Origin: a virus
Taxonomy: Duplodnaviria; Caudoviricetes
Reading direction: 5' to 3' (one strand)
DNA length: 64,000 nucleotides
IMG/VR virus record: IMGVR_UViG_2834368228_000004
Coordinates: 1 to 64,000 of that record
Part shown: piece by piece, positions 41,436 to 51,284 of the stretch
Numbering within the stretch: the stretch's first letter is position 1
Layout: each line of letters starts with the position of its first letter
Position numbers and translations under genes: made by a program
The notes under the pieces: model-generated
Told to the model about the DNA's origin: nothing
The model's input: only the letters and a program-made list of their open reading frames with translations
The model's database searches: none

Positions 41436-43442
41436 TTATAAAAGTTCTGTTTTTGTTGTAATATCTTCTGGAATCTCCATAATGAAGCGGGATGGATCAT
41501 AAGACTGGACACCTTTACCATCATGTCTTGCACGCTGGTTAGTGTACGTAATGTATATCTTTTCTTCTGCACGAGTTAATGCAACATAAGCTAATCTACG
41601 TTCTTCTTCTACATCCTCTTGAGTGTTTGATCTCCAAGATGGGAATAAGCCTTCATTCCATCCAATATTAAACACGACAGGAAACTCCAATCCCTTTGAA
41701 GCATGCATCGTCATCATTTTTACAACATTTGGCTCATCTTCACCATCTTGTTTATAATCAGAGATGAGAGATATTTCTTGCATGAATTCATCTAAAGGTT
41801 TATCAGGATGATTTTCTTCATAATGAGCCATTAGATTAATAAACTCTTGAATATTATCTAAACGTTCTTCTTCATTCTTATCTTTTTCTGCACGTGTTCT
41901 GTACAACTTTTGCAATCCAGATTGTTCGATCACATATCTTGCAAAAGCTGATATAGACATATTTGAGTTTAGTTTTTCTTCGAAATGATCGAGAGTATCT
42001 AAAAATGATTTAATCTTACCAGCTGCAGCCTTTTTAATGGAATCAATTGTATCAATTCCTTTTAATGCTCGGTAAACACTAACAGAGTTACTAGTTGCAT
42101 ACTCTTCGATAGCAGTCTGTGAAGTCTTACCGATTCCTCTTGTAGGTTTATTTAGGATACGAAGCATAGCAGCATCATCTTTTCGATTGTAAATAACTCT
42201 CAAATAAGATGTTATATCTTTAATCTCTTCTCTTTCGAAAAACGATTGTCCACCAAAAACTTTGAAGGGGATGAAGTTGTGAACAAAGACTTGTTCTAAA
42301 GCCATCGATTGATATCCTGCTCGATAAAGAATAGATATATCTTTCCACTCGTATTTTTCAGACATAACAAGCTGCTTAATCTTAGTAGCTATAAAAGCTG
42401 CTTCTGTATATTCGCTTTGCAATTGGATTATATCAACATTCTCACCTTCATCCTTATTGGCACGCAATACTTTATCATAAGGAGCAGGATTATTAGATAT
42501 TAAACCATTTCCAGCTTTAACAACAACATTTGTTGATCGATAATTATCTTCTAATTTGATAACTGTACAAGGTGCGAAATGCCTTTCAAAATTCATGATT
42601 ATTCCAATGTCAGACCCTCTAAATCGATAAATCGATTGATCGGGATCGCCAACGGCAAACACATTCATATGTGGTGCTGCAAGTAAACGTAGTAAGTTAA
42701 ACTGTGACGGATTAGAATCCTGATACTCATCAGACATAATATAATGAAATTTATTCTGCCAATAAGCTGCAGCATCTGGATGTTCTTCTAGTAATGTAAC
42801 AACATTCATTATTAAATCACCGAAGTCCATTGCATTTGATTCTTGCATAATACGTTGATAGTGAGAATAAACCAGTGACATATCTTGTTCAGTCCGGGAT
42901 TCCGCATTGTTGTATGAACAATATTCAGGAGTCCATAAATTATTCTTTGCATCATCAATATAATGCATTGCTAAGCCAGGCTTATATTTTCCATCAAAAG
43001 AAAGAGACTTATAAATACGTTCGATAAGTTTTAATACATCATAGGAATCATAAATGATAAAGTTGGATCGATTATCTACTTGTTCATATCCCAATAAATG
43101 AGCATGTTTTCTAAGTATGCGCACACACAAGCTGTGAAACGTACCCATCCATACTTTATTCATATTGTCTTCACCAACAATTGCTTCCAGTCTATCTTTC
43201 ATTTCACGAGCAGCTTTATTCGTAAATGTAGCACAAAAAATACTTTCAGGAGCTACATTGTTAGCAATCATATTAGCAATACGAGTAGTTAGAGTGGATG
43301 TTTTTCCAGATCCTGCTCCCGCTATCACAAGATATCTCCCATCAATTGTAATAGCCGCTTCACGTTGATGTTCATTTAATTTTGCAAGCATTTGTGCGAC
43401 CTGAAAGATATTCAGGCCGACACCTAATGTTGAAGTAGTCAA
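41436..43442 (-). CDS. pcrA: PcrA/UvrD-like ATP-dependent DNA helicase
   Basis: AGAGSGKT, FTNKAA, DEYQD, GDPDQSIYRFRG, TMHASKGLEF, EERRLAYVALTRA. Confidence 0.95.
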   Translation of the reverse strand: MTTSTLGVGLNIFQVAQMLAKLNEHQREAAITIDGRYLVIAGAGSGKTSTLTTRIANMIANNVAPESIFCATFTNKAAREMKDRLEAIVGEDNMNKVWMGTFHSLCVRILRKHAHLLGYEQVDNRSNFIIYDSYDVLKLIERIYKSLSFDGKYKPGLAMHYIDDAKNNLWTPEYCSYNNAESRTEQDMSLVYSHYQRIMQESNAMDFGDLIMNVVTLLEEHPDAAAYWQNKFHYIMSDEYQDSNPSQFNLLRLLAAPHMNVFAVGDPDQSIYRFRGSDIGIIMNFERHFAPCTVIKLEDNYRSTNVVVKAGNGLISNNPAPYDKVLRANKDEGENVDIIQLQSEYTEAAFIATKIKQLVMSEKYEWKDISILYRAGYQSMALEQVFVHNFIPFKVFGGQSFFEREEIKDITSYLRVIYNRKDDAAMLRILNKPTRGIGKTSQTAIEEYATSNSVSVYRALKGIDTIDSIKKAAAGKIKSFLDTLDHFEEKLNSNMSISAFARYVIEQSGLQKLYRTRAEKDKNEEERLDNIQEFINLMAHYEENHPDKPLDEFMQEISLISDYKQDGEDEPNVVKMMTMHASKGLEFPVVFNIGWNEGLFPSWRSNTQEDVEEERRLAYVALTRAEEKIYITYTNQRARHDGKGVQSYDPSRFIMEIPEDITTKTELL

Positions 43443-43454
43443 TTTATAACCTCC

Positions 43455-44204
43455 TTATGAAAATGATGCTTCTGGTTCTGCATCCGGTTCAACCTCAGAA
43501 GAATCACTGTCTAAGTCTAATATAATTGATGTATAATCCTGAGAAAGCTGCATTAATAGAATTTGGAACGAATTTAAACGCTTTAGAGAAGTCAAATCTC
43601 TAATACCTTCATAATCGAGAGTCCACTCATTTTTCTTATTATGATCCCAGCGATGAATTCTTACTTCAAAATTCATTTCCTCATCATGTTCACATTCGAA
43701 TATAATCACTGCAGATTTATGACTGCTCCATGACCTCTCTTCATTGTATTCAACATAATAATTCACTTCTACACTTTCATAATGAGGACTATCTTCAAAA
43801 TAAACATCGAGACCATGTGTTTCTACATTTTCAGCAACATATTTCATCCACTCTTCAAATAAATCAGTCGCATTAATAGTACTTTTTCTTTCATAATCTA
43901 CTAGATGCTTAAAGTTTTTAATAATTTCCTTATTATCTACAGTGCTGTTCTTTAAGATATCAACAAGAACAGCATCTAACTTAACGATATATTCACTATA
44001 ATCATAGTTCTCAAGATATGGTACCATTACAGACTTGATTTTCTTTTCAATTATACTAGTGATTCCTCCATACCTATTAAATAATTGATCAGTTGCACTT
44101 CTTATACTACTTTCAAACTCTTTTGTAATGATTTCCTCAACTATTCCCTCTTCCATTTTTGATGAAATAATATCTTTAATATTGGTCTCCAAGTTTTTCT
44201 CCAT
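43455..44204 (-). CDS. Hypothetical phage-type protein
   Basis: Long ORF with GGGAG RBS. Confidence 0.6.
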   Translation of the reverse strand: MEKNLETNIKDIISSKMEEGIVEEIITKEFESSIRSATDQLFNRYGGITSIIEKKIKSVMVPYLENYDYSEYIVKLDAVLVDILKNSTVDNKEIIKNFKHLVDYERKSTINATDLFEEWMKYVAENVETHGLDVYFEDSPHYESVEVNYYVEYNEERSWSSHKSAVIIFECEHDEEMNFEVRIHRWDHNKKNEWTLDYEGIRDLTSLKRLNSFQILLMQLSQDYTSIILDLDSDSSEVEPDAEPEASFS

Positions 44205-44227
44205 GTTTTTTCTCTCCCTTTTTTAAA

Positions 44228-46897
44228 TTAGATTCTTCGCTTTACTTGCTTCATTAAATGAGGATGATACTGTGATAGAACATTGTAAAGCTCATTGAAT
44301 GTGTCTTTAATGTCCCATTGTGCTTCGTCAGACGTTCTAAGATTAATTAAGTGGTAAGCTTCCCATAAGTCAAAATTAGCCACTACACGTCTCTTATGTG
44401 CGTTTAAAATAAGATAGTCCGCTTCTTGATCGAAACCTTTTTCTACAAAGCTTACATACTGTGCAAATACTTTTTCATGTAAGTTCACTAAGAGATGTTC
44501 TAAACCAGCTGCTTTAATTCTTGGTGGAATTACTAATCCATTTTGCATAGAAGGCCCAGCAAACATAAAATCTGTTTTGCGGTTATGTCGCAAGAGCTGA
44601 TGCCAATTTGCTTCTGATACTTTTAGCTCAACCTGATAATTAACAGACTTAAAAGCTTCTGGTGCTGTATCAAAATGTTTAATATCAAAGAGAAGCTGTT
44701 CAATAATTTGATTTCTTTTTGCATAATCTAATTCTCTGGCACGATTAAGTGCAACTGAATAAGGAATATTTGATTGCTGTACAAAATATAAAGCTAAAAT
44801 ATTTAAAACCTCATCAAGTTCAAGGCCGACAGTAAGAACTTTAACATCACGTTGTAAACCTTGATCATCTTGAGTGGAATTAAAATTAGATTCAATAACA
44901 GATTGATGTTTTTTCTGGTATGGAGAAGCATCTGCGTATTTTAGTAAGACTGGTAATACTTTTGTTATCTCTTCTTTCAACGCTTTACGCATATCTTTAA
45001 CTTCAGTGTATTTGCTTGTCTCTAATTGTGCTAAGCCATCTCTCCAAGCACGACCATTAGCAGTCATACCTAATTGAGTGTACATGGCTAAAGGTAATGC
45101 ATAACGAGCATCTTCAAATGCAAGCTTTTTTAATGCATTATAGTCAGAAGACAGTTCTTTATCGATTTTAGTTAATTCCTTAACATTTTTATCATTCTCT
45201 TTTTGTTTCTTCTTAAGCTGTTTAAATTCTATAGAATCGTGATATTCAGATTTCAAATCCTTATAGACTTCATCAATTAACTTCTCAAATACATCAAAAC
45301 ATTCATTCATAGACTGTTCAAATTCTTTATGTTCTTTGCTATTCTTTTTGAATGGATTATGCCAATCACCACGTTTAGGCTTTTGATATCGCTGACTGTA
45401 TTCTGTAATACTGTAAAATGTATTACTAAGTTCAAGATCTGCACTTGCTAGTCGAGATACCTTTTCAATACCGACATGTGCTACAGCATGTTCTGCAACG
45501 CTGTTTCCGCTAATATGAACTCTTCCATTTCGACGCACAATTAATGTGTGATACTTTGGCAACTCTGCACAATAAACTAAACCACTGTAATCCTCCCAGT
45601 CATCAAAAATGTCATATTGAACTTTATTAACCATCGATTCAAGTAGCTTTTTTGTAATAAATAATCTCCATCCATCCTTATGGTTTTCAGATTGTGCAGG
45701 TCGCTCATAACTAAGATATGAACTCCAGCCTAATAGTAAAACTAAATGTTGCACTTGATCTGCTAATGTTTTACTAGAAGTATCATATACCATTGATCCA
45801 TTTCTATGATCTTTACTTCCATCTGAATTCATTAAGCCATCAAATAAATAATGAAGAATTGTGGAATCAAGTTCTAGAAGATTATCTGGGATTTGTTTTT
45901 CTCTATTTTCGTCATAACATTTTGATAAGATATCACCAATATCATTATTGTTAGATGTGATATAGAACTTATAATTTTTATTTGCTGAAATTGATAAGCC
46001 TAACTGTTCACAGAGAGAATATAGATAATCAATTTTACGTTGTTTTTTAATATGAAACTGAACTGAATGTTTTGTTCGGGTATCAATGTAACCATCTCCA
46101 ATAAAAAAGCCAAAAAGTTGTAGTAATGGCTCAATTGGGTATCCATATAATGTATCGGAAACGTCCCCATTCCAATTTAATCCACCTAATCTAACCTTAT
46201 AACATTTGTCTTTTAAATCTTCAGCATTAATTAACTGATATTTACGAGTTTCGAATTCTTTAATCTTATGACGAGGCCATGCAAAAACCTTATGATTTGG
46301 TGTTACCATCATATCTATACGGTTTCGATCAACCTTATACATTGGTCCAGTATAAGGTTCTTCAATGAGTTTAACTGGCTTTAAATATTCAACTTCTAAA
46401 GAGTCAGGATTTACAGATGCTAATTTATCATCATCATTAACACTAAACCAGTTTTTAAATCCTTTCTCCGTAAGAACTTCAGTTTTCTCATCGTAGCAAC
46501 TATGTCCGTACCCGACAGTCCACTTTTCATGAAAATCTTTTGCTTTCTTATCAAGACTAGTAAAAGTGTCTTGCTTCGGAACTTCTATATCAAATTCTTT
46601 TAAAGCTATTTGTAAATGTTCCTTAAACGATTTAGGTGAACGGGATACCCATGCGAATAAAGTTGCAACAAACTCTTCTGGTAAGTTTTTAATGGCATAG
46701 ATGTTCCCTTCTGGATTGCTGACAAAAGGAGAGATATCGATTGTTTTTTCTGTTTGTTTATTCTCTGATGATTCAGTTTTTGTAGGTCTTTTCCTTGTTG
46801 TGTTTCTCTTTTCTACTGTAGAAGTCTTATTGGAATCATTGATTTCTTCCTTTACTTCGACTTTTGTATTCTTTTCTTCTTGTTTTGTATTTGACAT
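44228..46897 (-). CDS. thyX: FAD-dependent thymidylate synthase (tandem ThyX domains) with intein
   Basis: GYGHS|SVAEH after intein removal, EYSQRY, DARYALP, NGRAW; second domain QLLRHNRK and LRTSDEAQWDI. Confidence 0.9.
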   Translation of the reverse strand: MSNTKQEEKNTKVEVKEEINDSNKTSTVEKRNTTRKRPTKTESSENKQTEKTIDISPFVSNPEGNIYAIKNLPEEFVATLFAWVSRSPKSFKEHLQIALKEFDIEVPKQDTFTSLDKKAKDFHEKWTVGYGHSCYDEKTEVLTEKGFKNWFSVNDDDKLASVNPDSLEVEYLKPVKLIEEPYTGPMYKVDRNRIDMMVTPNHKVFAWPRHKIKEFETRKYQLINAEDLKDKCYKVRLGGLNWNGDVSDTLYGYPIEPLLQLFGFFIGDGYIDTRTKHSVQFHIKKQRKIDYLYSLCEQLGLSISANKNYKFYITSNNNDIGDILSKCYDENREKQIPDNLLELDSTILHYLFDGLMNSDGSKDHRNGSMVYDTSSKTLADQVQHLVLLLGWSSYLSYERPAQSENHKDGWRLFITKKLLESMVNKVQYDIFDDWEDYSGLVYCAELPKYHTLIVRRNGRVHISGNSVAEHAVAHVGIEKVSRLASADLELSNTFYSITEYSQRYQKPKRGDWHNPFKKNSKEHKEFEQSMNECFDVFEKLIDEVYKDLKSEYHDSIEFKQLKKKQKENDKNVKELTKIDKELSSDYNALKKLAFEDARYALPLAMYTQLGMTANGRAWRDGLAQLETSKYTEVKDMRKALKEEITKVLPVLLKYADASPYQKKHQSVIESNFNSTQDDQGLQRDVKVLTVGLELDEVLNILALYFVQQSNIPYSVALNRARELDYAKRNQIIEQLLFDIKHFDTAPEAFKSVNYQVELKVSEANWHQLLRHNRKTDFMFAGPSMQNGLVIPPRIKAAGLEHLLVNLHEKVFAQYVSFVEKGFDQEADYLILNAHKRRVVANFDLWEAYHLINLRTSDEAQWDIKDTFNELYNVLSQYHPHLMKQVKRRI
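45503..46498 (-). mobile_element. Intein (332 aa) with LAGLIDADG endonuclease domain
   Basis: CYDEKTEVLT start, VTPNH block B, FGFFIGDG and FDGLMNSDG, HISGN|S end. Confidence 0.93.
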
Positions 46898-46919
46898 TAT
46901 TATTCCTCCTATGTAATGC

Positions 46920-47019
46920 ATTAATGCACAGCATAGAGCTGATTGGTTGAAACTACCTTGTCAGGGGTGTTTCACCATCCTTTTTATATTTTTTATTCAG
47001 CCCTATGCTGTGCATTAAT
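46920..47019 (-). ncRNA. Long hairpin in the thyX leader
   Basis: ATTAATGCACAGCATAGAGCTGA/TCAGCCCTATGCTGTGCATTAAT stem with a nested inner hairpin. Confidence 0.55.
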
Positions 47020-47025
47020 TAGGTT

Positions 47026-47160
47026 CACGGTAGGCAGGATTTGAACCTGCGTGGGAAGGTATTTCCAGAGGACCCTTCATACAAAGTATCAACATCTTGG
47101 TTTTTTATTTCCTTCCTCCCCGCTCGTCGGGGTGCGTTCGGCCAGCTTCGCTACTTCCGT
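47026..47160 (-). ncRNA. Aberrant tRNA-like RNA (Ser-like class II scaffold with a greatly enlarged variable arm)
   Basis: ACGGAAG/CTACCGT acceptor, GCG-AAGCTGGCCGAA-CGC D arm, CCCCG-ACGAG-CGGGG arm, GGAAGG/CCTTCC arm with a loop of about 50 nt, GCAGG-TTCAAAT-CCTGC T arm. Confidence 0.7.
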
Positions 47161-47433
47161 GATAATAAAGTGGATGGCTTCGCACTCAGTTGTGCCGGGA
47201 CGCAAGATCCTATCACATAGTTAACGCCATCCAAATTAACTAAGTGATATGTTTGTTACAGCAGTTTTCATCTGCCCACTCTTTGCTAACTGTTTGCGGG
47301 GTCAGTTTGAAAGAGCAAAAGTCAACCACTCCCCCAATATCAGACAATCTATTTATCTACTATTGGGGGAGTTCCAACATTGTTGGATGCTCCACATCTG
47401 CTGTACGATACCTAGAAAGTAGTAGGTTCCTTA

Positions 47434-47880
47434 TTATTTTTTTACTAAATCTTTCTTATGCTCTAAAAAGGTTTTATTAATTTGATCGTAATAAGATACA
47501 ATACCTTTGTTTTTTATGTCTTTGGAGTTAAATAAACCTATGACTCTTTTAATTGGTATAGATGATATTGAATCTCCATTAGCATCAGATATTGGCAATT
47601 TGATGCGTAAGAATTCTAATGATGGAGCTTCATAATTCCATTCAGATCCTTCAATTGTTTTAATCATTGTTTCTCCAAGTATTAGTCCATAAGCAAATAA
47701 TATAACTGTCACATCATCAGCTGGTTGATTCCGGGACAACTTAAGAATATGCTTTTCAATTTGTGTAAGAGATGGTCGTGTGAAACCAGGAAGCATATCT
47801 ACACGAATAATTTGTGGCACTATTTTATCTCTAATTTCATTAACTGTATCTTCAAAATTACTTAGTTCTACTTTTGACAT
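47434..47880 (-). CDS. Hypothetical protein
   Basis: ORF with AGGAG RBS. Confidence 0.55.
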   Translation of the reverse strand: MSKVELSNFEDTVNEIRDKIVPQIIRVDMLPGFTRPSLTQIEKHILKLSRNQPADDVTVILFAYGLILGETMIKTIEGSEWNYEAPSLEFLRIKLPISDANGDSISSIPIKRVIGLFNSKDIKNKGIVSYYDQINKTFLEHKKDLVKK

Positions 47881-47902
47881 TTAAATGCTCCTCTAATCTC
47901 AA

Positions 47903-48109
47903 TTAAGTAAGGTCATTAAATACTGATAAATTACCGCTACCTTCGTAGAATTCAGGCTTTTTACCTTCATCTTTCTTCTGACCGGCATTTGCAAGACTAA
48001 CTTCAATCTCTTTTGTAACTTCAACACATGATGACCCTTGACCATTTAGTACTTCCATATTGATCTCTCCGCCTGGAGATATTTTAAATTTAACTTCAGT
48101 TAATTGCAT
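47903..48109 (-). CDS. DUF2997-family protein
   Basis: FKISPGGEINMEVLNGQGSSCVEVTKEIE...KPEFY. Confidence 0.8.
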   Translation of the reverse strand: MQLTEVKFKISPGGEINMEVLNGQGSSCVEVTKEIEVSLANAGQKKDEGKKPEFYEGSGNLSVFNDLT

Positions 48110-48135
48110 TTTGGACTCTCCTTTGTCTATCTTAA

Positions 48136-48453
48136 TTATTTTAAATTAAATGATGTGAAAAAATCTAAGTTATCTTCTGGTGTTGGACGACCAGCATTAT
48201 TCCATGATTTTGCATAATTTAAAACAGCTTCTATATCATTTCTAGGCTTTTCAATCTTATAAATTACTTCATCTTTATAGAATATTTCAATTAAAGAGGT
48301 TTCACCATAAACTTCGGTATCATCATATGATTCAAAACCTGTAGAAGAATCAATAGTAAGTATTTGACTAGCCATAGAATGTACTACAACATAAAATTTT
48401 TCCTTAAATGCATCCAGTATGGCTTTTTCTTCATCTGTAAATATATTTTGCAT
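48136..48453 (-). CDS. Hypothetical protein
   Basis: ORF with AAGGAG RBS. Confidence 0.5.
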   Translation of the reverse strand: MQNIFTDEEKAILDAFKEKFYVVVHSMASQILTIDSSTGFESYDDTEVYGETSLIEIFYKDEVIYKIEKPRNDIEAVLNYAKSWNNAGRPTPEDNLDFFTSFNLK

Positions 48454-48467
48454 AAAAAATCTCCTTT

Positions 48468-48752
48468 TTAAGCTGTTTTCAATTTAGGTGCTCTTTTTTT
48501 ACTTTCAAATTGAATCCAAGCTGCAAAAACAAACGTAGATGTTAAGTTAGCTAATCCAGCCGTACTTGACTGGAATGCAAATAATTTCAATAGTATTGTG
48601 CTTGCAAATAATCCATATGAAATATTAATAGCCCATCCAAGGATTGGGATTTTTAAAATCCAAACTAAAACCTTTTTAATCTTATATACAGGAGCAATTG
48701 TGGCTGCAGATGCTATAGCAACTGTAAAAAGAAACATAAACATATTAAACAC
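48468..48752 (-). CDS. Small membrane protein
   Basis: Three hydrophobic segments. Confidence 0.55.
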   Translation of the reverse strand: MFNMFMFLFTVAIASAATIAPVYKIKKVLVWILKIPILGWAINISYGLFASTILLKLFAFQSSTAGLANLTSTFVFAAWIQFESKKRAPKLKTA

Positions 48753-48791
48753 CTCCAGTTTTAATATGTAGATAGGGTGGATTAAACCACC

Positions 48792-49178
48792 CTATGCAAA
48801 CGTAGTTGCAAGAATTTCAATCTCGCCTTCTTGATTGAATTGAATATTCTCAAAGTTTACAGTCCATCGATTTTCTTCACATGTTTGGATAACTTGATAT
48901 TTTGAATGTAATTGGCTTATTTTATTTGTGAATTGCTTTTCTGACATGGGAACTTTAAACCAATCAGCTTGCAATTGTAATTCACCGCTTTTATCCTTTA
49001 TCCATCCTAATGGAAGAAGCTTACCATTAGAAACTACTGCTAGATCAGCTAAGCGCTTTTGACCATAGTAATCAGTAATCGTTGTATTCTCCTTGTACCC
49101 AAGACCCATATCTGACAATGAAGCTTTAATAAAATCTACATTTGACACGTTACACTCATAAACTGCAAAATGACTCAT
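48792..49178 (-). CDS. DUF1257/Ycf35-family protein
   Basis: MSHF start, ASLSDMG, LGW...LQADW, QEGEIEI. Confidence 0.8.
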   Translation of the reverse strand: MSHFAVYECNVSNVDFIKASLSDMGLGYKENTTITDYYGQKRLADLAVVSNGKLLPLGWIKDKSGELQLQADWFKVPMSEKQFTNKISQLHSKYQVIQTCEENRWTVNFENIQFNQEGEIEILATTFA

Positions 49179-49219
49179 AAAAATATCCTCCTTGTAATTG
49201 TATATAATAAGAGCAAATG

Positions 49220-49618
49220 CTACTTATTTTTCATTCTTTCAGGCATATATGTTTCAGCAATCTTTTTAAGCAATTCGCTTCTTTCTTTTTGAACAGCTAT
49301 TACCTGGTTATAAACTGGCGTAGGCATTGTTTCCATTTCTTCATTTGTAAATCCTTCATTTGTTATCATCTCTCGAAGGCTTTTAAATGTATTAATTGTT
49401 TCTTTTACAATCGTATCTTTCATCTTATATTTAAAAACTACAAGATGACTGACTTTCTGGAAAAAGTCATTATATGCATGAGCAAGTTCTCTATATTCAC
49501 ACATAGCAAAATCGACAGCATGTCCTATAATTTCTTGATTATTATAATGATGTTCTTCAACTTTTGACTCGCTAAGCATCTCATAGATACGGGATTTCTC
49601 TTCTACTGGATCAAACAT
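49220..49618 (-). CDS. Hypothetical protein
   Basis: ORF with GAGGTG RBS. Confidence 0.55.
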   Translation of the reverse strand: MFDPVEEKSRIYEMLSESKVEEHHYNNQEIIGHAVDFAMCEYRELAHAYNDFFQKVSHLVVFKYKMKDTIVKETINTFKSLREMITNEGFTNEEMETMPTPVYNQVIAVQKERSELLKKIAETYMPERMKNK

Positions 49619-49634
49619 ATCTTCACCTCAGCTT

Positions 49635-51266
49635 TTAATTGAAATCAAACAGTAGCTCTTTTGGGTTGACTTCATCTTTATTCTTTTCTGTTTTAATTGG
49701 TTTACCATGAATAGCTTCATGCTCATAAGAAGATGCACATTTGGCAGATTGTTTTGCCCATGTTCGTAATTCTTGAAGAATTTCAGGGTTCCTTTGAACG
49801 ATTGGAATAACTAACTCAGTTTGTTCTACCAAGTCCTTTTCAGTCATCTGATAAGATTCACGTAACTCCTTCTTGTAACCTGCATATGCTCTTCTACCTG
49901 ATTCAGCAACTACTCTTTCGATCTCAGCACCTGTAAAGTTATTCATTAATTGAGCTACACGTTTAATTTGATTAGGCTCAAATGTGTTTTCATCTTTCTT
50001 TTCACCAATTTCATATCCACGTTTGCGAAGATGAATCTCTAAAATATCTTCTCTTTCTTCTTCTGAAGGAATAGAGACAAAGAAAAACTCATCAAATCGG
50101 CCAGCACGTGTTAACTCTGGAGGTAATTTAGAAATATCATTAGCAGTTGCAATAACAAATACAGGTGCTTCCTTATCCGATAACCAAGTTAATAATGATT
50201 GAACAACACGGGATAATGTTCCTCCATCTGATCTATCTGATGAGCCCACTCCACTAAGACCTTTTTCCAGCTCGTCAATCCAGAGAACACATGGAGATAC
50301 ATCTTCGGCAAGCTTTAATGCACGATCAATATTCTTTTCACTCTGGCCGACTTTCGAGTCCATGATTTTTGACATATTCATTTTTAATAATGGCAAATTC
50401 CAAAGATGTGCTAATGACTTTGCCATGAGAGATTTACCACTACCAGGAACACCAACTGTAATAGCTCCTCTTGCAGGATCGATATTATAGTCACGTGCTT
50501 CTGGATCAAAAGCATAGTAAGCATCGTTTAACCATTCTTTAAATATATCCATACCACCAACATTGTCCATGTTACCTAACTTTGTAATGTATTCCAATAA
50601 GCCAGTTTTGCGAATAACTTGCTCTTTTTCTGCCACTATCTCATCAAGTAAAATACGTTTATGTTTTGTAGCAGATTTCTTCAGAACATTATTAACTTCT
50701 GTACGTGTCATGCCGACCAAAGCATGGATAATAGCATCTCTTTCTCGACCTTCTGGCGTTGGAAGTTCTTTGCTTCTCAAAAACTTTTCCATTCCTTCTA
50801 AAAGTTCAATTACATCTTTTCGAGAAGGTAAATCATATCGAACAGTTGTAATTGATTTTTCAAGTTCTAAAGGTATTGATATCTGTGGAGACGTACAAAT
50901 AATTGGCTTATAGATAGAGCTTTTACTTTCTAAGTAATCACGCAACGCTCGTTTTGCTTGTGGATTAGACCAAAGATCATGTATATCTTTTAAAATAAAA
51001 ATAGATGGCTTATCATGAGCCGTAATTCTTTTAACAAAACTAATCGGATCATAATCTTTAAAAACTTCTTCTTCAGATAAAAGATCAACACCACCGCCAG
51101 TGATGGACCAAGAGTATATTTCAAATGACTTTAACTCAGCTAATGCTTTCATATCTTCAAGAAAACGCTCTTCTTCGTATGTTTCAACAAGTAAAGCTTT
51201 CCGCCTTGAATTTAATAGTGTTTGAATTTCATTAATACCACTCATTTCAAGTGTGTTTTCACTCAT
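49635..51266 (-). CDS. Ycf46-like AAA+ ATPase
   Basis: TYEEER, FILKDIH, GVPGSGKS, LWIDELEK, LPPELTRAGRFDE. Confidence 0.88.
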   Translation of the reverse strand: MSENTLEMSGINEIQTLLNSRRKALLVETYEEERFLEDMKALAELKSFEIYSWSITGGGVDLLSEEEVFKDYDPISFVKRITAHDKPSIFILKDIHDLWSNPQAKRALRDYLESKSSIYKPIICTSPQISIPLELEKSITTVRYDLPSRKDVIELLEGMEKFLRSKELPTPEGRERDAIIHALVGMTRTEVNNVLKKSATKHKRILLDEIVAEKEQVIRKTGLLEYITKLGNMDNVGGMDIFKEWLNDAYYAFDPEARDYNIDPARGAITVGVPGSGKSLMAKSLAHLWNLPLLKMNMSKIMDSKVGQSEKNIDRALKLAEDVSPCVLWIDELEKGLSGVGSSDRSDGGTLSRVVQSLLTWLSDKEAPVFVIATANDISKLPPELTRAGRFDEFFFVSIPSEEEREDILEIHLRKRGYEIGEKKDENTFEPNQIKRVAQLMNNFTGAEIERVVAESGRRAYAGYKKELRESYQMTEKDLVEQTELVIPIVQRNPEILQELRTWAKQSAKCASSYEHEAIHGKPIKTEKNKDEVNPKELLFDFN

Positions 51267-51284
51267 TTATATTTCCCTCCAATT

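Noticed and set aside
47026-47160. Functional tRNA-Ser(CGA) or tmRNA
   Set aside because: The anticodon loop lacks U33 and closes to 5 nt; it is too short for tmRNA and has a true D stem.
47171-47233. Hammerhead, pistol or HDV-like ribozyme
   Set aside because: I could not place the conserved catalytic cores or pseudoknots by eye.
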